Assembly: GCF_963921235.1 (NCBI RefSeq)
Contig: NC_086108.1
Location: 38,194,001-38,258,000 of the forward strand
DNA length: 64,000 nucleotides
Source of the DNA: Mobula hypostoma
Lineage: Eukaryota
Reading direction: 5' to 3'
In this document: in pieces, positions 49,583 through 60,767 of the stretch
How the letters are laid out: each line of letters begins with the position of its first letter
Position numbering within the stretch: the stretch's first letter is position 1
The notes under the pieces: model-generated
Database searches by the model: none
What the model was told of the DNA's origin: nothing
Seen by the model: the letters and a program-made list of their open reading frames with translations, nothing else
Position numbers and translations under genes: made by a program

Positions 49583-51243
49583 TTTCAGAAAAGGTCGGAC
49601 TTGTTGGATTAGACAGTATGATGGTTATTTTTCTGTAGAATAAATTCCTTATGCTTTTTGTGTTTTTATATAATTACCCATATACATGTAATAGTTCAGT
49701 GTGTTTTCTAGTGGTTGCAGTTGCTCTTGTAACAATATGATTGCAGTTGTGGGTATTACATTGCTTGAATGATGCCTATGTTAGTGGTTGATTCAAGCAA
49801 CAGAAATTGAGTGGATGACTCTTATCTACTGAAATTCCATGGAATTAGCAAACTGGTGTAAGAGGAACAAACCAAGTTAGTTTGTTCTCTATTCCCTTTG
49901 TTCTTTCCCCTGCCACTGGGGTCTCTCTCTCTCTTTCTCTAACTGCACTTTGCTTCATCTTCCTGCCTTCAGCCTGTTTATTCCTGTGGTACATAATAAA
50001 TAATCGCAAGCAGCATGTTTTATGCATCATTCTTGACTTCTGAAAAACTCATTCAAAAACATCAGTTTCCAACCGACTCTAAGGCCAATGATTGGAATCT
50101 GACCAAAGACAATGGCCTAGAAATTGCTTGGCTACATTTTAATGGCATTAAAAGTGTTCTGGGTCACTATAACACATGTTGTGTTCATAAAAATCAAGAT
50201 ATCCAGTTACAATTGTTACGTACCCCGTAACTGGGTTGCCAAACCAGCAGAAATGGATCACTCAGTTGGAGTCTGGAGTACTAGAACTAAGAAAGTTTTA
50301 TTAAAGAGACAAGCAACACAGTAATCGAAAGGATAATAAATGCAACAATTCAACAATGATAACCACACGTGCACAGAATTAAGATAACAGCATCAATCAA
50401 GCTCTATCGTTGTCTAGGGGTTAAATGACCAATTTCAAAATGACTCAAAGTTCAGTCCAGTTTGTAGTTCAGTTCGCAGTAATCGTTGCCATGGCGATGG
50501 ACAAGGTGGGGGGAGAGAGACATAGAATAGGAACAACTGATCATTCAGAACGGCTTCACTCACAGACCAGCCAGATGGCTCACAAACAGCTTTTGGGCAG
50601 GTCCTTGGTGATGTCACCTGAGGTCACCGACTGTGACCCCTCCTCCAGATGCGGTCGATCCTCTGCAGTGAACCCGGCACCCAGGCAAGGGCGGACACAC
50701 ACCGGGTTCCCGCTGATCGTACCTTTCCACCCTTGTCGTTGTCTGGGACTTCTCACCCACTCGTGAGAAGCGCACCGCTTCCAGGGTCTCGTTACCTCGG
50801 GTGGCGTGTGTGTCTGTCTTAGCGAACCTGTCCCTTTTTATCCCCCTGCTGGGGTATCGCCTGTCCATCACTTCAAACAGTTCAGGGCTCAAAGGGGGGA
50901 GCCGCTCCAGACAGCTCTTCCTCCCACATCCCTTCATTACACATCTCCAGACGCTGCTCCATTGTTCCTTATCTCTCCTTCCCCTGAGGGCAGGTGGCAG
51001 ACCAACTGCTGATGCCACTGATGCTAGCCCAGGCCAGCAAACATCTTAATTTTATGTGTATTCTCGTAACACTTCCCCCCTTTAAGGATTTTTACCGGGA
51101 GGTAAAAATTACAAACATGACTCCATTATCTGATACATACACAATATACATCTTTAACAGTTATTTAGCTAATACAGAGAATTTGAAGCTGTCAACACCT
51201 TGACAGACAGTCATCACATTTTCTGTTCCTTTTACACGTGTTA

Positions 51244-54171
51244 TTAATAATCCCTTAGACCAGGCTCCAACTCAGCAAACTTCATAGTGGCCAAAAACAC
51301 TGATGAATTGCGACCAATGTAACCTCTCATTTGGTTTTGTCCCGGACCACAACAACAAGGGTCGTCCCATTCCGACTCAATTTTCCCTCGCAAGGGCTTA
51401 GTAGGAGGGGGACGGGTATTGACCGCAGAGTTATTGCAAAACTTCCTGCAGTACCCCACCATCTCCAAAAGCCTTCTGAGGGCCCTCTTGTCTGTCGGGG
51501 TTGGGAGGTCAGCGATAGCCTGCACTGTAGCTTGCATCACTGCCAGCTGCCCCTGTGTCACCACAATTCCCAGGTAAGTGACATTCGCGTGGCCGAATTC
51601 ATTTTTTCCAAGGTTCACTATCAAGCTGGCTTCAGACAGCCGTGTTAAATTGCCAATACACACCTCTGTGTTCATCAGCCCTTTAGTCACTGAATTACTC
51701 AAAAAATATGGGTGTTGTTTGCTTGGCTGCCCTATTGTAACCGACATAACCCAACGTCCCAGTTCTTTGCATTTCCTCGGGACAATCAAACACATGGGTG
51801 CGAGTCGTTTAATTACTCCTTCGGGGATTAAGGGAGAGACCTTATCAGTAGACCTGGCCAAAACAATAGCCTTCTCCCATCTGACCGATCCCATCCTAAT
51901 CTTTTCAAAATGGTTTTTTCCTCTTATCAAGGGGCCCCTAGCTTCATTGATTTCCACGCTAACACCGACTAGGTTTGTTAGCATATCAAAAGCCGGTGAC
52001 CGTCTCAGTTCGCGTCGGTCATGATCAATAACATTTTTCCCCCTGGGCAGCCGGTAACTCTCTTTCATGATTCCACCAACTGTTTCCTCCAGCACCGCAA
52101 AATGTCCACCGGGGGGTACCTCGTGGGCCATGTTAAAAACCTCATCCCCGTAACTCTTTTGCACCACCCCCCACTCCTCATCTGCGGATGCTGTACTTGA
52201 TTTCCCTTTCTTCCTTAGCACTTCCTCATCCGCACAATAGCTTGTCAAGGCTGTGTCAGAGAGAGCGGTCTCGGCAAAAACCATCAGCCCCTCGTCTCGC
52301 TCCTGCGTCTGCACAAATTCTTTCCTGGCTACTGCTACGTCCGTCCCAGCTCCCTCACTACCTCTTATCTCACTACACCCTGTCTCATACAAGGTTGGCA
52401 GAAATGTTTCAGCCAAATTCACCATCGCGGGCGGGGCCTCCATGCTGGCAGGCTGACCCGTCAATCTCACAACTGGGAACACGATTCCTCCGGCGATGTC
52501 ATTACCGAGCAAGACTTCCACGTCTTTCATCGGTAATTCGGACCTCACCCCGATCGTGACTAGTCCAGAGACCAGGTTGCTCTGTAAATGTATCTGGTGC
52601 AAAGGGACTGACTCTGTCCCTTCCCCAACACCTTTGACCTCTACCTCCCCAGTCTGGGTCTCTGAGCTAAACTCTAATACACTCTTCAGTATTAGTGACT
52701 GACACGCTCCCGTGTCTCTCCAGATCCGCACTGGAACTGGTTTTAACCTCTTTTTCATTGACACCAGTCCGGCCGAGATAAACCTCTCGCGCCCTTCCTG
52801 GACTTTTTCAGACCTGTCCTTCCCTAGCGGTTCGCTTAACAGCTCAATACAGCCATTCAAAATTTCCGCTTTTCCTTTCCCCGTCTCCTTCCTTGGGGCA
52901 AAGCACCTGGACGCAAAGTGTCCGACTTTCCCACAATTATAACAGACGACCCCAGGAGACTTCCTACCAGACTGCTCCCGGTCTACCTTATCCTTTTCAC
53001 TAGTCCCCGGCTTACTTTCTGACTTTTCCGGTGGACTCTCCCCGCCGTCCTGACTACCCTTCTGGTAGCCTTTACTCGGGGCAACCTTCATTTTATGCGT
53101 CAACGCATACTCATCCGCTAACTTAGCAGTTGCGGCTAACGTGGCTGCCTCTTTCTCATCGAGGTAGGGTCTCATACCCTCAGGGACACAACCTTTAAAC
53201 TGCTCAATCAGAACCAGTTGCAGCAGTCTGTCATAATCCCCCTCTACCCCTTTCGAGGCGCACCAACGCTCACAATATGTTTGCATCTCACGAGCAAACT
53301 CCAAATACGTGCGGTCCCACCGCTTCCTCGCATTCCGGAACCTCTGCCGGTATGCCTCCGGGACCAACTCATAAATCCTGAGGATGGCCTCCTTCACCAC
53401 CTCATACTTCTGGGCATCTTCCGCGGATAAGGCGGAGTAAGCTTGTTGGGCCTTCCCTTTCAGTACACTCTGAAGTAAGACAACCCACTTATCCCTCGGC
53501 CATTCCTGACTTATAGCTACTTTTTCGAAGTGGAGAAAGTACCGATCCACATCGGTATCGTCAAATGGGGGAACCAGCCTAACCTCCTGGGTCGCCCGGA
53601 ACCCTCCACCTTGGTTCGGCACGAGCCCCTGCTCGGCCCTTATCTTTAACTTCTCCAGCTCAAATTCCCTTTCCCTCTGTTTCTCCTCTCTCTCCAACTG
53701 TCTGTCCCTCTCTCTCTCTTCTCTCTCCAACTGTCTTTCTCTCTCTTGCCTTTCTAACTCTCTCTCTTTCTCCTGCCTTTCTAACTCTCTCTCTTTCTCC
53801 TGCCTTTCTAACTCTCTCTCTTTCTCCTGCCTTTCTAACTCTCTCTCTTTCTCCTGCCTTTCTAACTCTCTCTCTTTCTCCTGCCTTTCTAACTGCCGTA
53901 CCCGGAACTCGTGCTCGAGTCTCAGTTTTTCAAGCTGTACCTGTACCGCGTCTCCAGCAGGTTTTTCAATAGACACCTCCCCCAGCTCACCTTGGGGAAA
54001 CACACCTTTAGATACATAGTGCTCTACAATAGCTCTGTGTATCTCCTCTCTCCTCATTGTTGACTTCACCTTAGCAAGATTCACCCGTTTTGCCACAGCT
54101 ATCAATTCCGATTTCCTGGCATCCTCTAATGCCTCCAAGGTCGGCGCCTTTATAAATTCCTCAACCTCCAT
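51244..54171 (-). CDS. Gag (SCAN-like capsid, CCHC knuckle)-protease fused to collapsed integrase and RT remnants, 975 aa
   Basis: PEAYRQRFR...LVLIEQF...AKLADEY; CYNCGKVGHFASRC; IWRDTGACQSLI; MAHEVPPGGHFAV (IN zinc-binding relic); KNEFGHANVTYLG and RRLLEMVGYCRKF (RT thumb relic); no YxDD or DDE. Confidence 0.9.
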   Translation of the reverse strand: MEVEEFIKAPTLEALEDARKSELIAVAKRVNLAKVKSTMRREEIHRAIVEHYVSKGVFPQGELGEVSIEKPAGDAVQVQLEKLRLEHEFRVRQLERQEKERELERQEKERELERQEKERELERQEKERELERQEKERELERQERERQLEREERERDRQLEREEKQREREFELEKLKIRAEQGLVPNQGGGFRATQEVRLVPPFDDTDVDRYFLHFEKVAISQEWPRDKWVVLLQSVLKGKAQQAYSALSAEDAQKYEVVKEAILRIYELVPEAYRQRFRNARKRWDRTYLEFAREMQTYCERWCASKGVEGDYDRLLQLVLIEQFKGCVPEGMRPYLDEKEAATLAATAKLADEYALTHKMKVAPSKGYQKGSQDGGESPPEKSESKPGTSEKDKVDREQSGRKSPGVVCYNCGKVGHFASRCFAPRKETGKGKAEILNGCIELLSEPLGKDRSEKVQEGRERFISAGLVSMKKRLKPVPVRIWRDTGACQSLILKSVLEFSSETQTGEVEVKGVGEGTESVPLHQIHLQSNLVSGLVTIGVRSELPMKDVEVLLGNDIAGGIVFPVVRLTGQPASMEAPPAMVNLAETFLPTLYETGCSEIRGSEGAGTDVAVARKEFVQTQERDEGLMVFAETALSDTALTSYCADEEVLRKKGKSSTASADEEWGVVQKSYGDEVFNMAHEVPPGGHFAVLEETVGGIMKESYRLPRGKNVIDHDRRELRRSPAFDMLTNLVGVSVEINEARGPLIRGKNHFEKIRMGSVRWEKAIVLARSTDKVSPLIPEGVIKRLAPMCLIVPRKCKELGRWVMSVTIGQPSKQHPYFLSNSVTKGLMNTEVCIGNLTRLSEASLIVNLGKNEFGHANVTYLGIVVTQGQLAVMQATVQAIADLPTPTDKRALRRLLEMVGYCRKFCNNSAVNTRPPPTKPLRGKIESEWDDPCCCGPGQNQMRGYIGRNSSVFLATMKFAELEPGLRDY
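53761..53894 (-). repeat. 27-bp coding tandem repeat x5 (ERQEKEREL)
   Basis: tctctctttctcctgcctttctaactc repeated; degenerate copies continue to about 53650. Confidence 0.95.
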
Positions 54172-54247
54172 TTCTGCTGTTTGTCTTTTCTTTCTTTCGG
54201 GAATTTTAACCCAATCAATTTACTCCGTCCCAAATTTAGCGTTCAAA

Positions 54248-54265
54248 ATCCCGGACGAGCCCCCA
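54248..54265 (-). other. Primer-binding site complementary to tRNA-Pro
   Basis: TGGGGGCTCGTCCGGGAT, the canonical 18-nt tRNA-Pro PBS, 4 nt from the 5' LTR. Confidence 0.95.
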
Positions 54266-56421
54266 CTTATGTTACGTACCCCGTAACTGGGTTGCCAAAC
54301 CAGCAGAAATGGATCACTCAGTTGGAGTCTGGAGTACTAGAACTAAGAAAGTTTTATTAAAGAGACAAGCAACACAGTAATCGAAAGGATAATAAATGCA
54401 ACAATTCAACAATGATAACCACACATGTGCACAGAATTAAGATAACAGCATCAATCAAGCTCTATCGTTGTCTAGGGGTTAAATGACCAATTTCAAAATG
54501 ACTCAAAGTTCAGTCCAGTTTGTAGTTCAGTTCGCAGTAATCGTTGCCATGGCGATGGACAAGGTGGGGGGAGAGAGACATAGAATAGGAACAACTGATC
54601 ATTCAGAACGGCTTCACTCACAGACCAGCCAGATGGCTCACAAACAGCTTTTGGGCAGGTCCTTGGTGATGTCACCTGAGGTCACCGACTGTGACCCCTC
54701 CTCCAGATGCGGTCGATCCTCTGCAGTGAACCCGGCACCCAGGCAAGGGCGGACACACACCGGGTTCCCGCTGATCGTACCTTTCCACCCTTGTCGTTGT
54801 CTGGGACTTCTCACCCACTCGTGAGAAGCGCACCGCTTCCAGGGTCTCGTTACCTCGGGTGGCGTGTGTGTCTGTCTTAGCGAACCTGTCCCTTTTTATC
54901 CCCCTGCTGGGGTATCGCCTGTCCATCACTTCAAACAGTTCAGGGCTCAAAGGGGGGAGCCGCTCCAGACAGCTCTTCCTCCCACATCCCTTCATTACAC
55001 ATCTCCAGACGCTGCTCCATTGTTCCTTATCTCTCCTTCCCCTGAGGGCAGGTGGCAGACCAACTGCTGATGCCACTGATGCTAGCCCAGGCCAGCAAAC
55101 ATCTTAATTTTATGTGTATTCTCGTAACACAATGTACAGAGTACAGCATTATTGACTTTCTCAGTGTAAAACTGCACTATGTCAACTTTAGTGCAATGTT
55201 CTCTTTAGATCTATTACACCTTCTCAGACTTTATGACATTTAGCCTAGCAACAAGCTCAACAACCAGCACGCTAAAAGACATATAATAACAAAGCTAACA
55301 ACACTCTACCAGCTATTGGCAAGTATTATTGCTGAATAAGTGGATGATTCAATGATAGGATGGATTGAAAGCATGCTCCCAAGGATTACAGAGATAGGAA
55401 CAGGTTGGTCTCACAGCTGGCATCAGGCAAGAGATACAGACACCAGAAGTCACAGGCTTCACAGCAGATTGTTTCAAAAACAGTTACTTACTCTCAAACA
55501 TTTTATTTCTTGAACCTAACTGCACAACTCAACTCACAACCTCAGTCCAGCAATAGACTTTGATTTTTTTTGCCCTAATTGTGATTTTTCTTGTATAATT
55601 TTCAATAATTTTTCTAACAAAGATGCAGTTTTGTGGAGGGTGAACAGGCAGAGGTTGTGGTCCATGTAGGTCCCAATGATATTGGTAGGATGAGTGAAGA
55701 GGTTCTGCATAGGGAATTTGGTGTGAAGTTAAATGGCAGGGCCTCCAGGTTTGTGATCTCAAGATTGCTACCCATGCCACATGCTAGTGAGGTCAGAACT
55801 AGGAAGATTATACTATATAATATGTGGCTAAGGAGCTGGTGTAGGAGGGAGGGCATAAGATTTTTGGATCATTGGGCTCTCTTCCAGGGAAGGTGGGTCG
55901 TGTGGAGAAGGGACAGTTTGCACCTGACCAGGATGGGGACTAATATCCTAGAAGGAAGGTTTGTCAATACTGTACAGTGGGGTTTGAACTAGAGTTGCAG
56001 GGGGAATGGAACCAGAGAGCCAGAATAGTTAATGGAGAGGTTGTGGAGGCAGTTGTTGGTGAGACCACAGAAAAAGTTAAGAATCAAAAAGTAGAGCATA
56101 GTACAACTAGCGTCCTCAGCTGCACATATTTCAATGCAAGAGGAATCATAGGAAAGATGAGGTTACTTGCATAAGGACAGAGCCTATGTGCAGTGACGAG
56201 ATGCTGTTGAAAAGGCACAACTGCACTCAAAAGGATGAGTTGCAATATAAAAGGCAGATAAAATCGAAAAGGGTGAATACAGCACTGAAGGTGTTATATT
56301 TGAATGAATGCAGTATATGAAGTAAAGTAGATGAATTTGCAGCACATTTGCAGGTTGGCAGGTTTGATGTTATGGGCATCACTGAATCATGGCTGAAAGC
56401 GTATAGCTAGGAGATTAATGT

Positions 56422-56516
56422 TGTGACGGGGTCCTGAATTACCCCTATGAACTGTGCTTTTGAAAAGAGAGAGAGAGAGTTATTTAACACCGACATGTTG
56501 TTTTGAAGAGAGAGAG

Positions 56517-56554
<38 letters not shown>

Positions 56555-57329
56555 GAAGACTTTTGGACTGTCACTTTAAAGCACGAGAAAGAACTGGCTA
56601 ACTTTTGGATTTCTGCTGAGTTGGAGATGGAACTGAGCAGCTCGTAAGTTGCTATGGTGACCGAGGACGGCATTATTTGATGGACAATCGATGCTATGAT
56701 TTTCTGGTATACTTCTCAAGGACATTCACCTGCTTGTGCATTTCTTACACAGAGAAGGGAAGGAGAAGTTATTTGAATGACAGCTGGTATCCAGTACAGT
56801 GAGATAAATGGGAGGTTAGATGATATAGACCTCAGACACATGTTTTGGACGCTGAATGAGCTTTGTTGTGCCCACAGAAAAAGTGGGTTTTTGGAGGACC
56901 AATCAGGCAAAATCGATCAGCCGCTCTTGCAGTGAGAAAAGGGATTGACTAGTGGGGAGTTGTCCATGTGTCCACCCTTGCCTGGGTGATAGCTCCACCA
57001 CAGAAAACCAGTCCCCTTTGTTGTGGTCACAGTCAGTGACTTTTAAAGGATTTCGGAGGACAACGGGAATATCGACGTCATCAGCTCAACCGAAGACTCA
57101 AATCTCTCCCTCTCTCTCTCTCCGTCACTACTCAACTCAATACCACGAACTGAACTGAGCTTTAATCATTATCGTAAGGCTGCATCTTTTCACCCCTAGA
57201 CTTGAAGAAGCTTGATTTTCATATATTTCCACACCTACTGATTTACTTATATATATATATAGGAATACTGGACTCCAAAGTGTTTTCTATTTCTGCTGGT
57301 TCTTTACTCCTGTCACTGGGTACGTAACA
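56422..57329 (+). mobile_element. Solo LTR related to the LTRs of 50214-55129
   Basis: TGTGACG...CGTAACA; reverse complement of the 3' end (tgttacgtacccagtgacagg...aaccagcagaaat) matches 50214 onward; splits the CR1 at ttaatgt/ccaaggatac. Confidence 0.85.
56506..56553. repeat. (GA)n microsatellite inside the solo LTR
   Basis: Direct reading. Confidence 0.95.
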
Positions 57330-60300
57330 AAATCCAAGGATACACATTCTATTGAAAAGACAGGCAGGACGGCAAAGGGAGCAGCATTGCTTTGTTGGTA
57401 AAAAATGAAATCAAATCATTTGGAAGAGGTGACCTAGGGCCAGAAGGTGTTGAATCATTGTGGATGGAGCTAAGGAATGGCAAACGTAAAAAGATCCTGA
57501 TGGGAGTTGTCTACAGAACCCCAAACAGTAGTAAAGATGTGGCCTACAAATTAAAATGGGAGATGGAAAAAGCAGGCCAAAAGGGCAGTGTTACAACAGT
57601 ACTGGTTATTTCAATATGCAGGTGGATTAGTGAAATCAGGTTGGTGCTGGATTCCAAGAGGGGCAATTTCTAAAATGCCTCTGAGATGGCTTTTTAGAGC
57701 AGTTCATAGTTGAGGCACTAAGGAAGCAGCTATTCTGGATTGGGTGTTGTGCAGTGAATCAGAGTGCTTAAGCTAAAACAACCCTCAGAGGAAGTTCATA
57801 ATATGATTCAATGCACCTTGAAATTTAGAAGGAGAAGCTAAAGTCAGATGTATTAGTATTACAGTGAAGTAAAGGGAATTAGAGAGGCATGAGAGAGGAA
57901 CTGGCCAGAATTGAATGGAAAAGAACACTGGCAGGGATGACAGCAGTGCAGCAATGGCTGGAATTTCTGGAAGCAATTCAGAAGGTACATGATATATACT
58001 TACCAAAGAGGAAGAAATATTCAAAATAACAAGGTGACACAACCATGGCTTAAAAGAGAAGTAAAAGCCAAAAAGAGGGCATAAAATGGAGCAAAAATTA
58101 GTGAGGTTAGAAGATTGGGAAGCTTTTAAAAACCAACAGAAGGTAACTAAAAAAAGTCATTAAGATAAAGATGGAATACAAAAGTAAGCTAGCCAGCAAT
58201 ATGAAAGAGAATACCAAAAGTTTCTTTGGATAAATAAAGTGTAAGAGAGAGGCGAGAGTGGGTATTGGACCACTGGAAAATGATATTGGAGAAGGAATAA
58301 TGGGGGACAAGGACATGGCAGACAATCTGATTAAGTATATTGCATCAGTGTTCACTGTGGAACACAGTAGCAGTAGTGTGGAAGTTACAGGTGTCAGGGG
58401 TCACAAATTGTGTGAAGTTACCATTACTAAAGAGAAGGTTCTTCGCAAACCAAAATGTCTAAAGGTAAATAAGTCACCTGGACAAAATGGTGTACACCCC
58501 AGCGTTCTGAAAGAGGTGGCTGGGAGATTGTGGAGGCATTAGTGATGATCTTTCAACATCAATTGAGAGAGGCAGAAGAAAGGAAATTATAAGCCATTTA
58601 GTCTGAATCAATGGGTGGGAAGATATTGGAGTCGATTATTAAGGATGAGGTCTCAGGTACTTGGAGGCACAGGATAAAATAGGCTAAGTCAGAATGGTTT
58701 ACTCAAGGGAAAATCTTGTCTGACAAATTTACTAGAAATCTTTGAAGGAATAACAAGCAGGATGGACAAAGGAGAAATGGTTGATGTTGTGTACTTGGCA
58801 ATTCAGAAGGCCAATGACAAGGTGCCACATCTGTGGCTGCGTAATAAGCTACAAACCCATTGTATTAGAGGGAAGGTTCTAGCATGGATAAAGTAGTGCC
58901 CAATTGGCAGGAGGAAAAGAGTGGTAATAAAGGAAGCCTTTTCTGGTTGGCTGCCAGTGACTAACAGTGCTCCACAGGGGTCTGTGTTGGTATCAATTCA
59001 TTTTACATTATATATCATCATTTGGATGGTGGAATTGATGGCTTTGTTGCAAAGTCTACAGATGATATGAAGATAGGTGGAGGGACAGGTGGTTTTGAGG
59101 AAGTAGGGAGGGTACAGAAGGACTTAGACAGATTAGGAGAATGGGCAAAGAAATGGCAGACGGTATACAGTGTCAGGAAGTGTATGGTCATGCACTTGGG
59201 TAGAAGGACTGAAAGAGTTAACTATTTTCTAAACGGAGAGAAAATACAGAAAACTAAGGCACAAAGGCACTTAGGAGTCATTGTGCAGGATTCCCAAAAG
59301 GCTAATTTTCAGGTTGAGTCTGTGGTGAGGAAGGCAAACGCAATGTTAGCATTCATTTCAAGAGGACTAGAATATAAAAGTAAAGATGTAATGTTGAGAC
59401 TTTATAAAGCACTGGTGAAGCCTCACTTAGAGGATTGCGTGCAGTTTTGGGCCCCTTATCTTAGAAAGGATGTACTGAACAGGAGAGGGTTCAAAGGAGA
59501 TTCACGAAAGTTATTCCAGGTTTGAATGGCTTACCAAATGAAGAGCGTTTGATGGCTCTGGACCTGTATTCACTGGAATTCAGAAGAATGAGGGCTGACT
59601 TCGTTGAAACCTATCAAATGCGAAAGACATTGATAGAGTGGATGTGGAGAGGATGTTTCCTATGATGGGGAAGTCTAAGACCAGAGGGCTCAGCCTCAGA
59701 ATAGACAGATGTTCTTTTAGAACAGAGATAGGAGTAATTTCTTTAGCTAGGCAATGGTGAATCTGTGTAACTCTTTGCCACAGGCAGCTGTGTAGGCCAA
59801 GTCTTTATGTATATTCAATGCAGAGGTTGATAATTTCTCGACTGGTCCGGGCATGAAAAGATACGGGGAGAAGGCAGGAGATCGGAACTGAGAGGAAAAT
59901 TAGATCAGCCATAATGAAATGACGGAGCAGACTCGATATGCCGTGGCATAATTCTGCTCCTATATCTTACGGTCTTGTAATTTGCATTGTTAATTTACAT
60001 TTTTCTTGTGAATGTTGTACTTCTGATATCATTGTGCCTGTAAAGCTGCAAGTTTTCAATTGCACCTGTACAAAAGTGTAAATGTGCAAATAACAAATAA
60101 ATCAACTTCCAAACAGCAGTGATTATTAAAAAGTATGTTCCTGTGTGAAGGGTTGAGAAAAACACACAAGATCCACATCCAGGTGTTGCTAGCTGCAGAT
60201 TGTCTTTGCAAGATCCGCAGAGTAACTCGAAATGCAAATGAGAATGGTTGCCTACTTTGCCTTCTGCTATGTGCTGAAGAAAAAAGTGTGCAAAATCATC

Positions 60301-60767
60301 TCTTCCTTTGCAAAGAGTTTGAGAGATTGCCGTAATGCAGCAGTGAGCTACAAACCATAGCTTGCAACACAGATCTACCACAGCAGCCAGGAACAGATTT
60401 TTATTAGTAACTTTTGTTTGATTTGTTCCCATTTAATCAAATGAACAGTTGATTGTGACTTCAGTTATTCATCAGTAGTGTTACTCATGATATTTTAATT
60501 GCTCCACAAACCTATAAACCGAGGTGAATACAAGGGCTAAATCTTGCTAGGTGTTGAGATGGGTGGTACAGCAGACTTCTGCGGCAAATATGTCTTGGGG
60601 TGAACACCATGAAGACCTTGCACACAGAATACCATTACAGGTGACTGGAGACGAGCTAAAGGTGGCGCCTCCTCACCTTCCAGAAAAGCAGGGTCATAAT
60701 TTTTCCCACTATATTTATTTAGCCATCTCTGCTATTAGAGAAGAAATTTATTACCTCCCAAAACCCT

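Larger units (their letters stand above)
50214..55129 (-). mobile_element. Very young non-autonomous Gmr1-like Gypsy LTR retrotransposon
   Basis: LTRs 50214-51071 and 54270-55129 (TGTTACG...CGTAACA) are near-identical; TSD CAAT; PBS tRNA-Pro; PPT AAAGGGGGGAAG; single 975-aa ORF. Confidence 0.96.
55630..59976 (+). mobile_element. Degenerate CR1 LINE(s), from ORF1 end through 3' UTR, interrupted by a solo LTR
   Basis: ORF1 VVVHVGPNDIGR...FLDHW...DSLHL (55633-55992); endonuclease 57392-57673; RT C-terminus 59022-59525; tcttacggtctt tail. Confidence 0.92.

Noticed and set aside
50425..51049. Duplicated ORFs of 113 and 134 aa (also at 54483-55107) as accessory or env genes
   Set aside because: They lie inside the LTRs and are duplicated only for that reason; no recognisable motifs
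51244..54171. Domesticated SCAN zinc-finger host gene
   Set aside because: Flanked by near-identical LTRs with PBS, PPT and TSD; no C2H2 array
54241..54265. tRNA-Pro gene
   Set aside because: Only the 3' 25 nt including CCA, adjacent to an LTR: this is a PBS
50214..55129. Endogenous gammaretrovirus, suggested by the tRNA-Pro PBS
   Set aside because: Gag, protease and IN-before-RT relics are Gmr1/Gypsy-like, and there is no env
60135..60335. Cys-rich 66-aa ORF as a host zinc-finger gene
   Set aside because: Non-ATG start; the C..C...HLF.C pattern is more like a decayed LINE C-terminal zinc motif
60551..60640. Plus-strand 90-nt candidate exon (ag/GTGTTG...TTACAG/gtgact)
   Set aside because: Weak polypyrimidine tract, unrecognised peptide and no partner exons; not supportable without RNA data
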